This document shows, piece by piece, positions 12,476 through 27,519 of a stretch of 64,000 nt of DNA. Where the stretch lies: the NCBI RefSeq assembly GCF_009914755.1, contig NC_060937.1; one strand, written 5' to 3'. This DNA is from the human T2T-CHM13v2.0 reference genome, Homo sapiens. A model generated the notes under the pieces. It was not told the DNA's origin, made no database searches, and saw nothing but the letters and a program-made list of their open reading frames with translations. Every line of letters starts with the position of its first letter. Within the stretch, counting starts at the first letter, position 1. Position numbers and translations under genes: made by a program.

Positions 12476-14018
12476 AAGCCACCAGCCCAGCCCCTAATCT
12501 CTCTCAACTCTTCCGGCTGAGCCTCAAAATAAATTCTCATTCATTCTCTACCCATGAAAGGAGAGGCAATGATACATTCACAGTCTTCATCTGGTGCCTC
12601 CCTCCCACCATATCTCTCTGCAAGACAGACAGTTTCTCCTGGTACTTAGCTCCTTAGCTTCCCACCAGCTCCTCACTCAAATGCCTTCTTTAGAAGAAGA
12701 GTTGGGACAGACAGGCTAAGGATTCTGTGATGAAAATGAGAGTGATGCTCCTTTTAGCTAAGGAGGATGACATCACTTACCAACACTTTCATCCTACCCC
12801 ATACCATCTCCCATCTATTTTCTGGCCTGGGTAGCAGAAACACAGTACCTAACTTGCTAAGGAGCAAAGCAGAGGGTTGAGAAACGTCTCTTCCATTCCT
12901 GCCTCTGAATCTTAAAGCAAGAAGGAGCTGCTTATGATAGAGGCAGGATAATTTTAGTGGCATGAGAAATCAGAAGATACTGTGCTTAGAGGGGGAATAT
13001 GTTGGAGGCTGTCACAAATATGCTCACCCCAACATCTGAGTGATCTTAAATTCTGCAAACAAGGAACAACAATGGAGTGAGAGAACAGGCGGCAGGCAGT
13101 GAATATTTCATATGAAAGTGGAGGGCCCATTACTGGTTCTGGTGGGACCAGAAATTTGTGTACAGCCTCCATAAAATAAAAGTTATATGATCCTATTCAA
13201 TAAGGATCTCTGTAAGAAGGATCATTTCAAGTGCCTGTAATAGTCAGGCACTTTTATGTCATTTACATATTTTATTTAATTCTTGCAAATGGCCTATAAG
13301 ATAGATATTATCTGTATTTAAGAAAAAAAAAAAAAAAACACTGACATTCAAAGAGTTTTAGTGAGAGCTAGGACTTTGAACCCAGATCTGCTTGGTTCTA
13401 TTTCTACCACATTTAGAATTAATGTAGGGCCAGAAAGGACATGAGCTTATCCTTAAAGCCTACATAACAAAGTAGATTACGTTATAAAGCATGTAGTAGT
13501 TGCCCTGTATCTGTTAGCTGCTGTTGTTCACAAATCATACTGCAAATTACCTTGGTGTATGACCACCAGTTGAGACTTTTGCCAATAACTACTAAATGAT
13601 TTCTCAATTCTTGTCTAGAAAAAAACACAAGTGTATAGTGGTCCTCAGTCCATCAGATAAATCCCTGGTCAGTTTAGACGCTGCTTAGGCACTTCAGTGC
13701 AAACACCCTATTCCTTATATTGGTATCCTGGACGTCAACATGAGCAGAAGTACCTTGGATCACCAAAGGATCAAGTCTTCCAAGTTATTTATAATGGGGA
13801 ATTTCTCAAATTTAGTGTTATTGACTACTAAAGGATACTTTGGTGAGTAGACATGTCTCTCCCACCTTACTTACATGGTGAAAGAGTTCAATTACATAAT
13901 TAATACAACAGCCAATAATCCAATACCAGGTGTTTTGACAAGTTAGCATCACCTGAATTTAAAACCTCTATGAACAATCTGCCTATAAAGGCACGAAGTT
14001 CTGAAAACATTAACTTAC

Positions 14019-14092
14019 TATTGCTGATGCTCTCTAAATGCTTCTCTTCTAAGGTTTTCTTGAAGTCTTTTTTTCTCCTCCAGTTTATTGCT
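14019..14092 (-). CDS. EPSTI1: EPSTI1 exon 6 (74 nt, SNKLEEKKRLQENLRREAFREHQQ-)
   Basis: tttcag| acceptor, TA|gtaagt donor, phase 0-2; downstream exons not in window. Confidence 0.95.
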
Positions 14093-15589
14093 CTGAAATT
14101 GCAAATATCAAAACATAACTTATTAAAGATGCTTTAAGCAGAGTCATGATGTTAAAGTTACCCAAGGTCCAAAATCCTAAGGTTCAACTGGCCTTGATAG
14201 TCTAATACAGTATCCTGCTAGAGGCTCCAAGATGGTACTCCCTGTCAGACCCATGGGCACTGCACTGAAAGCCAGGAGCTCCAAGTTCTTTCCACAGCTC
14301 CCCTCTCCCAACTTGATTGGTATAATCACAGAACCAGCATTTTGCGTTTTTATTCTTTAGTTCAAATGATAGCAACATTTATTTTTTAAGCAGTGCTTTC
14401 AAAATGTTTTAATGAAAACATGAAATTTCCATACCAAGTATGTTAAATTAAAATTATAATAAATGGTTAAACAGCTCATACAAAATTTATACATACACTC
14501 AAATTCTACTAAAGTATTTGAGAAGAGATTTTCAGTAAGACAACCCAACTCCCTTCTGACTTAGTATCAGATACTTAAAGCTGTTGAGGGACTGAATAGC
14601 ACATGTCATAAAAAAAGCCATCCACTTGAATAGAAAATAGTTCTTTTTTTTAATTAGCTGTTTGGAGAGCCTGGAGATAAAGGCCTTCATATTTGATATT
14701 ACTGTCACCATGGCTCTGGCATATTTTAATCCAATTTAAATAACCCAGGAATGTTTGCTTTTTGCTCACCATGACACACTGTCATTTTTTAACTTGCTAT
14801 GACCTATGAAAAACAAGTAAAATTCCTAGACAACAAATTTAATGGAGAGTTGAAACACATTCTACTATCCAGGAGGATCATGAAGTTTTAAATGAATCCA
14901 AGAGAGACAGTAAGGAGCTGGGGTTGCTTTAATAAAAATTGGATTTGCCCAGAAGAGGACCAGTGAAAGGAGAATATTGGAAATCATCACTTTCAAGCCC
15001 AAACATAAGTCTGGTTCCATCTTTCAAAGAAATGAAGAAACTGCTTGTATTGTTCATTTCCATGAAAGTCTTCATTCACTCAAAACTAATTACTAGTCCC
15101 ATTTTGAAAGGCAAAATGGATGATGATTTCAGTTTCAGAAAAAAACTAAAGGAAATTTACTACAGTCAAAGAAAATCAATTATAAGGCAAGCAACTGGAT
15201 TATTAATGAAACACAGAATTCTAGGAGGCAAACTAATGGAAAATTGTAAAACCAAATAAACATGATTCTAGTCTAGGAAAAAATCCTGACTGATGAGCAC
15301 AAAAGTGTTCAATTGTGATGAGTTCCCTGCCCTCCAGGGTGGGGACTGGGGGGTCGTGGTGGATCTAAAAGGGTGAAAGACAGCAAGCGAGCAGTAAGTG
15401 TTGATTAAACCAGTATTCAGAATGCTACTCAGAGAACAGTGAGAAAGCCAAAAACAGCTAGAGACAAAAGGCTGGATCCCTTTAGCAAGGTTAGAAATTG
15501 AGACCACTGATTTTAACCTTTTCACTAATAGATTCCAACTCACAAACAGTCATACAGTAGCTAAATTTTATCCAACAAAAGTCTGTTTA

Positions 15590-15914
<325 letters not shown>

Positions 15915-17639
15915 TCAGCAGAAGTTGATAGTTGATGAAGAAGTATTTTGGGGGGGGGGAAGTAGTAGTAGTAGTATTTCTGGAGTAGTTGAAAAATTGT
16001 ATTCAATCCCTATTCATATCAAATGCCTGTTATATGCTCGGTACCATGTTAGATGCTGGGAATACAGCTACGAACAGAGAAGTGCCCATTCTGGAAAATG
16101 TTACAGCCTCGTTGGGGACACAGACAAAAAAGAAATGATGGCAGTATGCTAAACACATTAGGGGACAGCAGTTTGCAAATAACAGTAAGAATGCAGAAAA
16201 AGCACTTATATGGATTGTCAGGAAATGCTCTCAAAAGTTCCACAGTAACTCAATGCCTACTTAATGTTAGACTCCATCCTGAGCACGAGAGCCAAGAAGC
16301 GGAATAACACTGGGAATGTGGTTTCTAACTTTGGGTAAGCTGCATGTTATGAGGGTGCTTCTTTCTATGGAGAGTGGACTCACAGCTTTCTTCATATTCC
16401 CCAAAGAGCTGATGACCAAATAAAAGGATAAATACCATGGCTCTAATGAGAGAGAGAAATTCTATATCCAACCCAATCTTAAGCAAGAGTGTTTCAGGAG
16501 GAGGAGAAGGTAGGAACAGGGTTACTACACTCCATTATATGGGTTGTTCAGCCCATGGGGTCCCAGCAGGCAGGAGGGGAGTAGGAAAGGAAAAATAGAG
16601 CCAGTGTTCAGCTCACCAAGATTTGTACTGCAGCTTGTGGCTGCTTTAGCGCAGAGGAGGTGTCTTTTTCTGTGTCTCACAAAGGCACTATCTATCACCA
16701 GTCTGAGCACCCACAGAATTGACCGCCTGGATGGAGAATTGGTCTCTAATTTGCACAAAGGCAACCATGGGCTGGTAGTAACCCTGGACAGGAAAGGGGC
16801 ATTCCCAGAACTTAACGTTTTTAATATACAAAGGTACAAGAGAATATGTTAGCTCAAGGAAACCCAAGAAGCTCATGGATAAATTGAACAACGTTTATAG
16901 AGAAAGGAGTAGAAGATAAGGATGAGAAAGTAAGAAGGAATAATTATATAGGAATGTATGTGCCAAGTAAAGGAGTTTGGACTTTATGAAACCCAACAGT
17001 AAGCCATTATATTAAGCAGGAAAGGAAGTGGCTCACTCTTATAGCAACATGGAGGTTAAACTGCAGCAAGGGCCACAAATACACGAGAACCCCTGGGGTG
17101 ATTCTCACAGTAATCTAGGCCATAAATTACAAGCCCCAAGTTAAGTCAGCAGGTACAGGGAAGAAAGAAGAAAGGACAGTCTTCAGAAAAACTTAAAGGA
17201 CAGAAATAATAGGAAGCATGATGATAGGGATATGGGATGAGTAAGAAAAGGAGGAAGAGTCTAAGATTACTATCATTTAAGAGCACCAGAATGAACATAT
17301 GAGTTCAATTTTGAATTTATTGGATTTGAGGTATACTTGTGGAATATTTAGGGAGAAATATCAAGCATGCAGCAAAATATATGGTTCTGGAATTTAGAAA
17401 TATGGTCTGGCCTGAAGATATGGACTGCAGAAATCAGTACAAACAATAACTAGATCCTTAAATGTGGAATTTTTCATCTAAGGAGAGGGGGCCTAGGCCC
17501 AGCAGTATCAGAGGAGACCACGGGATGGGATCTGGTAAGCATCAATAGTGGAAAAACAAGTACAAGGAAAGGATCCCAGAGACATTCAGGAGGTGGAATT
17601 TGAAGGACAGAGTACTTAATAGTTAATTTTAAATTTTAA

Positions 17640-18140
17640 TTTTATTTATGTATTTATTTATTTGAGACAAGGTCTTGCTCTGTCACCCAGGCTGCAGTGC
17701 AGTGGTGCCATCTGGGCTCACTGCAACCTCTGCCTCCCAGGTTCAAGTGATCCTCATGCCTCAGCCTCCTGAGTAACTGGGATTACAGGTACGTACCACC
17801 ACACCTGGCTAATATATGTGTTTTTGTAGAGATGGGGTCTCACCATGTTTCCCAGGCTGCTCTTGAACTCCTGGGATCAAGCAATTGGCCCGCCTTAGCT
17901 CCCAAAGTGCTGGGATTGCAGGCATGAGCCACCATACCCAGCCTTAATATTTAATTTTACACAGAGCAAAAATAAGTGAGGAATTTAAGAATCTTTACTG
18001 GGATCTTTTCTTTCTTTCTTTTTAAGAGCTGGGGTTTCACCATCTTGCCCAGACTGGTCTCAAAGCCCTGGGCTCAAGCAATCTTTCCTTCTTGGCCTCC
18101 CAGTGTCCTGGGATTACAGGCATGAATCACTCCGCCCAGC
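17640..18140 (-). mobile_element. AluJ (17640-17943) plus a left monomer/FLAM (18005-18140) within L2 remnants
   Basis: Antisense Alu consensus motifs. Confidence 0.82.
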
Positions 18141-19875
18141 TGGATTTTTCAGTTAAGAACACCGTTGGTGATCTTAGGTAGATTAGAACCAGAGAAGCAT
18201 TAGAAACAAAAGCCAAATTCAGCCCACCAACAAATGAGGAATCAGAGAAGGAAAGGAATCAGAGAAGGTAAGTTCTTAAGCTAGCTGATCCACACATCTC
18301 CTGGGGAACATTTTTTTTTTTAAATAGAGATTCTTTGGTTCAGGTGATTGTCCACAGACTGACATTTGGGAACCAAATATGGTAGAGGAGTCTTTCAAGA
18401 AGTTCGAACCATAATGCTTGGGACAGAGGAGTTGAAAGCAGACCACTATATGGAAAATTTGTTTTTAAGGTGAGAGATTTGAGTAAGATTAAATCCTGAG
18501 AAAGAAAAACAAAAACAAAACAAACAACAAAACAAGAAAGTGAGAGGAGAAAGGGAGCTTAACTGATAGAGAAGCAAGGTCCCTGGGGAGACCGGAGGGA
18601 AGATGAAATGGTGAACACATATGGAAGAATCCATGGTACCAATGAGGAAAAGGACTTTCTGATTCCTCCTGAGATAGGATGGGGGTAGGTGCAGCAAAGG
18701 GAGAGTAAGAAAAGAGAAAAATAAAGATACTTAAGGCTGGCAACCTTTATTTCCTATGAAGTGAGAGACAAGGTCACGTGCTGCAAATGAAAGGAGAGCA
18801 TAAGAACATAAAGCCAGCAAGGATTTTGGTAATTGGGTTTGGTTCCCAGTTACAATGCAAAGAAAAAAAAATGCTGGGCATTGGGCATTGTGAAAGACCC
18901 AGCTGAGATCAAATCTCAGAAATGTAGTGTGGCAAAAGAAAAAACAAAAGTCACATATGTTTTTCTCTCCAGCAACTTCATTCATGTGGGTTTAGTAGAA
19001 ATGAAATAATTGAACCCATCCAATTCATGCATAAAAATAATAATACTCTCTACGCCCCCCTTCCAAGAGGTTGATATAATAGATTCCAACGAGATAGTGT
19101 TAAAGCACTTCTTTACATTTATAATTAGGTTAGGGTACTTTACTGAGTGCTTACCAAGTGCTAGGTATTGTACTAAGGGCTGTGTATATATTGCATCCTC
19201 TAGTCCTACCAGTCTCACTATTACATTATTATACCCATTTTACAAATAAGGTAAGTGAAGCACAGAAAAGCTATCAGCCTACACTCTTAGTACCACATGT
19301 TTATTTTAGAGATACTAACATTACCACATTATGGGGTTAATTAGCGAGATCCTATTACATTTCAATAACCAAAGGCTTAATGCTTCCACCAAGTCATCCA
19401 CAAAGAAATGCATGATGTAGGAGCCACATTTCTTGGAAACACTGATGTTCCCTGAAAGTTTTCAGAAATGGAAATGTTTCCCAATTTATATAAACAACAT
19501 TGAAATAACTTCCTCAATGTTGAGTTTACCCCTAAAATTGTTCTTAAACTGTTAGCCCTTGCTACTACTTGCTTCCTAGAAATAAGAAAGCAACAAGTGT
19601 GATCCCTTAACATGTACCTGTATGCAGCTCTGCATCTAATATGCATAACTTATTTTCTACCAGTTAGTTCCTACTTCACCGTATAGCATTAAAACTAACT
19701 GTGCTTCTCAGTGTCTGCATGAAACACTGTGACTTCCAGTGCTTCAAATGACTTTCACAGCCATGGCTTACTGGAAAGAGCAAGGAAAGGTGTTGGAAGC
19801 CACTCAGATCTTTAGCTGGTTTCCTGAATTCTCTGAGGTTATGATACCAAGAGGTTGGGGAATCAAATGAAGTAT

Positions 19876-20215
19876 AGTTGGTCCTCCTTATCTGTGAGTT
19901 CCATATCTGCTGACTCAACCAACTTCCGATGGAAAATATTCAGGGGATGAGGAATAGACGGTTGCATCTATACTGAATATGTAAGACTATTTTCTTGTCA
20001 TTATTCCCTAAACAATACAGTATAACAACTATTTACACAACATTTACATCATATTAGGTATTATGAATAATCTAGAGATGACTTAAAGCATACAGAAGGA
20101 TGTACATATGCTATTGCAAATACTACTCCATTTTATATAGGATTTTGGTATCCATTGTGTTGTGGGGGGAGGGGGAGGCAGCAACCAATCTCCCATATCT
20201 AAAGGATGGCTGTAT
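19876..20215. mobile_element. MER2 (TcMar-Tigger)
   Basis: agttggtcctccttatctgtgagttcc..ttattccctaaacaatacagtataacaactattt..ggatggctgta. Confidence 0.8.
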
Positions 20216-20616
20216 CTGGAAACTATATAATACCGTATATTATCTCAAACATATGTAGATCGAAGGCAGAATAAGATGAACCCAGGAAATTGAGAGAGTC
20301 TTTAAAATGGAGTTAGAAGATTTTCATATTTTAGGTTTGTGGGTATTATGAAAGTCTGGGAAAATAAAATTATTATTTATCATGTGATTATGGGGGGAAA
20401 ATGTGATTTACTCCCATAGCACTAAATTTGGGTGAAATGCTTGCTGTGGGGAGTTAGGAAAACCTGTCTATTTATACTGAAAGAACCAGTGGCAAAACAC
20501 TTGCATCTGGTAGACTGCTTTTTTACTCTAATGCTCTAATGTCTTAGAGACGTTGTCTCTGCTTTATAGATTTCTTGGAAAAGAAATTAATGCATCATTA
20601 TAAAACCACATGAGTA

Positions 20617-21120
20617 GTATTAGTTTCCTATTGCTGGTATAATAAATTACCACAAAGTTAACAGCTTAAAACAATACAAATTTATTATCTTACAGCTCTG
20701 GAGGTCAGAAGTACAAAACGGGTATCAATGGGCTAAAATCAAGGTGCCAGAAAGGCTGTGTTCCTTCTGGAGGCTCAAAGGGAAATAATCAGTTTCCTGG
20801 TCTTTTCCAGCTTCTAGAGGCTACCCACATTCCTGGGCTAATGGCCCCTTCCTACATCTTCAAAGCCAGCAGTGGTGGGCTGAGTCTTTTTCCTGGTATC
20901 ATCTCTTCATTCTCTATCTCCCTCTCCCAATTTTAAGGACCTCTGTGATTATATTGGGTACCTGGATATTGCAGGATACGCTCTCTATTTTAAGGTCAGT
21001 TGATTAGCAACCCTAATTCCACCTGTGACCTTAATCCCCTTACCCATGTAAGGAAACATGTTCCTAGGTTCCAGGGATAAAACGTGGACATCTTGGGGTG
21101 GAGCATTATTCTGCCCACTA
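20617..21120 (-). mobile_element. MLT1 (MaLR) LTR
   Basis: tattagtttcctattgctg..aaattaccacaaa..tctggaggtcagaag..cattattctgcc. Confidence 0.8.
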
Positions 21121-21276
21121 CATGAATTATAATCTATTTTTAAATCAATAAATATCATACACACAATAGGCCAGCTATTTCCCCAAATCTTTACTCTCCC
21201 TAGCCCTCTGAGGTTTGGCTTTAGAATATGGGTGGTAGGGGAGGGTAAGAAAATACCTTTTTCATTTAGTGCTAAG

Positions 21277-21490
21277 CAGTGGTGTGCTGGTCAACATTTA
21301 ATCAGGTCTAGCAGGTAGGAGCAGGAGGGGAAATTAATCTGTAGCATTTACTGATTTCCACATCGTAAATATTTTCCACCACAGTCGGTTTCAAACTGAC
21401 AATGATGAAGCCAAGTAGCTCAAAAAAATCCTGAAAATGTGACAATTCCCACAGTACAAGGCAGTACAAGGAAGCTACAGAACATCACTA
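21277..21490. mobile_element. MER63 (hAT-Blackjack)
   Basis: cagtggtgtgctgg terminus and internal gtaaatatttccacca..tttcaa motif. Confidence 0.6.
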
Positions 21491-22274
21491 GAAGTATATA
21501 TACTGTGACAGACTCTAGTCTAGGGAATGCAAGTTACATTCCTGAACTGAATACAACTCAAGTATACCAGTGCTGTCTCCAAATTTCCCTTTGTACCCAT
21601 AGGATTAACTCTTCCTGGGCCCCACTGACATGACTGGATACTAAAGAGCTGGTTGACTTTCACACCTGTCTGTCTATTAAGGATCAAAGAACATGCACAA
21701 ATGCTGGCAAGGAATCCAGTCTATTCTTCCCTCACTAAATGCTGCACACAGAGATGACGACCAATCAGAATGAGACCCAGTGTCCCCTGACTTCTTTTGG
21801 GAGAGAAGGAAATGAAGGGCAGAAGGGGACCAGCAGCCAGTGGGGGAAGACCAGAGACAAGGCTAGAGGCTCTTGGGTGGCAATAGGCTGCTTGGATTCT
21901 ACTTGGCTCAGAGTTTACTGGGCAGCAGCCATTTGCCTGGGGAGGAGGGCAGCGTGTTTGCAGGCTGATGTCCATGTGTGTGTTTGCTGTGCATTTTAAA
22001 ATATAAGTGCTCCATAAGCACAGCCATTATCACTTCCCTCGGCCATTTCCACACTGGCAATGTGAAATATGTCATTTCTAGATGGCTAATGTTCATTTTT
22101 CTTATCTGACACAAGCTACTAACTAGGCTCACATTTAACATGAAAAGCTACAGATTTATCTACAACAGGGAAGGCTAGGATCATGGTGACAGTGCAGGCC
22201 AATCAGCCAGAGAAATCACATCTGTGGAAGAACAAGGATGGGTCACCCCTTCTTTTGCAAGGTCATTTAAATTA

Positions 22275-22440
22275 ATGCTCCTCGAGGTTTTATGTGCACA
22301 GGAATTACCTGGGGAGCTTGTTAAAATGCAGATTCTGATTCGGTAGGTCTGAGGTAGGGCTCAAGATTCTGCTCTTCTAACAAACTCCCAGATGATGCCA
22401 ATGGTGCTTGTTCAAGGGCCATATTTTCAATGGGAAGGGT
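22275..22440. mobile_element. MER5A
   Basis: acctggggagcttgttaaaatgcagattctgattc..tctaacaaactcccagatgatgc. Confidence 0.75.
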
Positions 22441-22510
22441 CTACAGATCAACTCTCTCTCCCCATCTCTCACATCCTGGCAAATTTATGCCAACAGAATT
22501 ACAGTTATCA

Positions 22511-22877
<367 letters not shown>

Positions 22878-23330
22878 TCAACCACAAACATTTATGAATA
22901 GCGTACATTATTGACCCATGAAGAAATTAGCTGTAAATGACCCACACGCCAGCCAATGATGGGTATTAAATGACAACGAATAAATGATCTTTAGGACAAG
23001 AGGTTGCAATACAATAATTATTAAGGGTCTGCAAGCCTCTTCACCCTGTTCCTGGTGATGACTTAACAATTGTCTTTGTTCTACCTGAAATACAGGCTAT
23101 GCTCCGTAAAGAGAGTGCCTCCTCTAAAATCACAAGACCTAAGCATGAATCTTCCTTTGAAGGATAAAATGGAAGGAGAAAAACTGGATGAGGAAAAGAA
23201 GAGTGGGGAATAGAAAGAGAGAGAGAGAGAGAAAGATGGATAAATTTTTAAAGTTACTATAATAAAAATCTTCTACAACGAAACTATAATTGTTGATCAG
23301 CAAATGTGAACTAATCCTCCTCCTCCTTAC

Positions 23331-23414
23331 CTTCTCTCTCTGAATTGCCTTCATTTTTTGGAGTTCAGCTTCTTCAGCTTCCTTCTTGATTCTTACAGAT
23401 TCTTCTCTTTTTAG
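23331..23414 (-). CDS. EPSTI1: EPSTI1 exon 5 (84 nt, LKREESVRIKKEAEEAELQKMKAIQREK)
   Basis: tttag| acceptor, AAG|gtaagg donor, phase 0-0; E/K-rich coiled-coil sequence. Confidence 0.95.
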
Positions 23415-24141
23415 CTAAATTGTATTGAAATTACAGAGAACAAAAACAGTTACCATTTTTCAGTCTGAACTCTGGAACACAAAATTATGATGAAAGGCAA
23501 ATTACAGTATTGTTTGTGCTATACCTCACCATGATTATAGGTTGTTACTTCAAGCTACTTAGATCACAGAGAATGGCCGGGCTACGTCTTCTGCCCGTGA
23601 AATTTCTGTCTTTGTGTTTCTTCCTTGGTCTGTCTCTTTTTCAACGTCTCTGTCTTTGTCTATCTCTGTCTCTCTCTGTGTGTATGTGTGTGTGGTGTGT
23701 GTGTGTATTGGGGAGGGAAAAGGGAAAATAATTTTTCCTGATTATAAAACTCAGTGTTCATTGTAAAAATCGCTGGGAATCTTAAATATTTTTTGTACTA
23801 CTTCCATGACTGCCATGCAGTAAACAAATCCATATTCTTAGAACCAAAACATTCCAAACATAGTAGACTTTAAACTATAGTTAAACGTAGTTAACTTAAA
23901 TGAAAAAAATAATTCCCTTAATCGAGGGTCATGCTGAGTGATAAAGGGCTTAGGTAAGAATTGAAGGTATCCATCTCTTCACTTCTCACTTCCTGAGAGC
24001 TTTGATTCTGAAAGCTGCCTTTTGCAACTGGTTGGAAGGTTTTATACTTTTGGTAAAGTTACTGTGTTATTTCACAGTTACTTGTAAGAGCTGGTACTCA
24101 TATTCCTTACCAAAATTCAACTAAAAGAGATGAATTCTGAC

Positions 24142-24215
24142 CTTTTGCTTGTATTTAGATTGCATCAGCTGGAGTTGTTGTTTCTGTCTGACTTCAGTTT
24201 CTGACTGGCTTCCAC
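24142..24215 (-). CDS. EPSTI1: EPSTI1 exon 4 (74 nt, GGSQSETEVRQKQQLQLMQSKYKQK)
   Basis: tttttttcctaag| acceptor, AAG|gtcaga donor, phase 1-0. Confidence 0.95.
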
Positions 24216-25439
24216 CTTAGGAAAAAAAAATCCATGAAGGTGAAACATAAATATTAAGCTGAAATGTCAGCCATCGAGGACTAATTAATATATAATAAAT
24301 CTATAACATGAGTTCCCTTAACATTCTCATGCTCTTGCAAATAAGAACATAACCAGTTTTCCAAGAAGACCTTAAAGAAGGGGAATCACTTAGAAGAAAG
24401 AGCTGGATAGAAAGAGGAGACCATATTTTTAAAACAAAAGAGCACTTTTACTAAGGTTTTTCAATCATGTAGGTATTAAAGTTTTCACTTGGATTGAAAT
24501 CATACCTAAAGGTCTGTGCTAAACAGAAGAAATAGTGCCTGTCTTGGAAACTGTAGAATATTCCTCCTGCTTGAATATGACCATGCCCGAACCTAGTAAA
24601 GATGGTGATCAAAGGTGCTTCTATTGCTTTTCTTCTTCTAACTCTATTGCCTTATATTCAAGCAGCAAGGCTCAGGAGGCTCTCAGAGGTCTTGCCACTA
24701 GACAAGCATGTAGTCTTTATAACCCAGTTTCTAAAAATACAATGGGAATATTCTAGTTAGTAACTGATCATCAATCCATACTATTTATTGTTCTTTCCTT
24801 ATATAGTCAAAATAAAAATATGGATGTTAGATTATTTGCTTGCTCTCTCTTAAACCTAAAAGAATTTGGGGCCAGAAATCCTGGCAGCTTGACAATCATC
24901 TAAGAATTACCATTTAGGGAATTCTCAGTGTTTATGCAAGCTTGGTGTGCGTATTATAAAGATTCCTTTGAAATAATTCTCTGGTGCTTTGGTCACTAAA
25001 AGTGTCAGCTCTCTGAAAGATTCACTCTCACAGAAGATGCATTAAAACAATTTGTGTTCACTATAAATCTTATAATTGAACTGAGAAAGATACCATAGGG
25101 ACTTTTCTTCTGAGATCTGAAAGATATATAAGGCCTGTTTGGTGTTGGCCCTTTGACTGCTATTGTGGGGGATGGGGGATGTTTCTTTCAAAACAGTAAG
25201 GAATGTTGACATTTTTCTCTAATGTTACAGCAACTTTTAGTATCTCCTGCAACCATTCCAATATTGTAAGGGGTAGAGAAATAGAGGAGGAGTTGAAAAT
25301 TAGAAGAAATGGAGAGAGCCAGATGTCTAAGCATTTACAAGTTTTGTTCAAAACTCATCTCAAAGTTTAATACATTCTAGAATTTTCTTTTCTACCCCCA
25401 AGTCCCTCCCACACACACATACCTGACTAACCCTAGATA

Positions 25440-26630
25440 ATGCATATAACAGGAAGTCAAAATGAGAATCCTGCTCATTTTCTGCTAAGGCTTCAAGACA
25501 ACAGATGCCGAGCACTTCAAATTCCAAAGGGAGGTAATGGCCCCTCAAAGCAGGATCTGCAAGGAGGTAACTGAAACCTACCTTGGGGAACCTTAACTAA
25601 CTTCAGCCTATAAAAGAGGTTGGTTAGGTCAAAGGGAGGCAGAAATCTGAGGAAAGATGTCATTCTGAATTCTATGTCTTCTGTGTTTTGAGGAAGGAGA
25701 AATCTTCACACCAGATGAGCAGGAGAAGTTTAATGAAAATCAGCTGGAGACCTCAACCTGCATTTTTAAGAGTCTGAGGGTCTTATTGGATTCATGCCTA
25801 GAACAGTTAGAGCCTAAAGGTATAAGGCTGTTGTCCATTGGCCACTGAGATGAGTCCTCAAGAAGAGGTAGCTACATTACAAATGGCCCACATTCACAGT
25901 TTATGAAAAGAAAGAATGCACAAGTATTTCCTGTACTTTTAATGTGATTCTCATGAAAGAGAATGCCAACCTAAAGCCATCTAAAGGGACTTGCCTATGA
26001 GGGCCATGTCAAGAACAATGGAACCCTAAAAGGAGTCTACCAAGAGCCAACAGTGAGGCCAAGCCCTGCCGACAGGAGAGGAAATCGTCTGTATCAGGGA
26101 AATCCAGGTGGGAGATGGGTAGCAGAGAGTGGGGGATGCTGAAAAACTCGAAGATTCCCAGGAAGAAGAACGAGCAGTCAGTGTAAACCTAGGCTCAAAG
26201 AAACAAGGATCACTGCATTACGAACCCCGACCTCTCTTATCTCCCTCCACTTCCCCCTTCAATCCCAGAAAGGTCAGAATCTGGGAACAGAGCCATGAAT
26301 AGAGAAAAGTCCAGCCACACCCTGTTCTACTTGCTGGATTCCTACCTGAAACAGGCCTGGGTTAGAGCAGGGGAGAAGCTCTCATCTCCATTAGTAACAG
26401 AATTTTGATCAGTACCTAAGACTGAACATTAATTACTGAAATGAGACTGTTTTAGGCCTAGAATTAGCTAGGTCACTCTACTGTTTGAAAGAGACCAAAA
26501 AGCTTTAATTTCTTACATCATCCAAAAAGCCTGAGAAAGACTGTTCTCACATAGCCAATCTCAGGGGCCAAGCTAGGAAAGATTAAAGCTGTTTTCTGAT
26601 TGTACCCTTCGAGTCTGGCTCATTTGCACA
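25440..26630 (+). mobile_element. Probable ancient Gypsy-like LTR (MamGypLTR-type)
   Basis: aattactgaaatgagactgttt..attaaagctgttttctgattgtacc..gagtc 3' signature. Confidence 0.4.
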
Positions 26631-27330
26631 AAGGAGGCACTTGAGATTAGCCCTTTTCACGAAATACAGTGGGATGATGATAATATTACTATTACTTCCT
26701 CCCATTAAATAATTTCCAAATTAGATTATTTTTACCTATGTTCTTGGTGGGGGGGCAGGGTGTGGGGAGGGAACTTCTCTAAAACTATCACAACCGTAAG
26801 TGGCCCCTGACACAAGACATGCTTGTATTAACTAAATCTGTGGACACTGTGTGTCCAACCCTTTAAATTTTCGGCTGCTGATAGAAGAGAAAAAGCAAAG
26901 AAAAGATGTGAATGATTCCCATTAGGTGGCATCCCTTCTGAATGATTCAAACACCGGCAAAGGAGGCCCAGACAATTCATCACACTGGCAGCACCTGCTC
27001 CAGAGGCCCAGAGGTCTCTATCTGTAGAATAAAAACACAGGTGATGTTTCTCTTATACCCACCACCGGGTTTCCAGCTCACTCTCATCTCCCTCTTGGAA
27101 CTGACTCTCCACTCCTTTTCTTCAGATTAACATTTAACTGCCATGATTAATATGCTTGTGCCAGCATTTACTCCCATCCTGACTAGTGCTATGACAGGGC
27201 ATATGCAGCGCCCCAGGTAAGCTTTTTCAGAGTCAATCATCTAAGAGGCTCTAAATTATTTGGCAATTAAGCCATCACTGTGTTCCCATAGAACTCTGGC
27301 ATTACAGGTTTGCTACTTGCAGAAAATCAG

Positions 27331-27344
27331 AAAAAAAAAAAAAA

Positions 27345-27380
<36 letters not shown>
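27331..27380. repeat. A15 + (AC)17 microsatellite
   Basis: Directly visible; about 140 nt inside intron 3 from the exon 3 donor. Confidence 0.95.
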
Positions 27381-27382
<2 letters not shown>

Positions 27383-27519
27383 TAAATGCATTCCACCCAA
27401 GCAGCACAATGACCAAACAAACTACAATGGACATTCACAGACAGACATATGCAAGCTGCTTACAGGATCCATAGGTGGCCCCGCCCTCCCTCATTCCGGC
27501 AGCGGCTGTGCTTGCTTAC

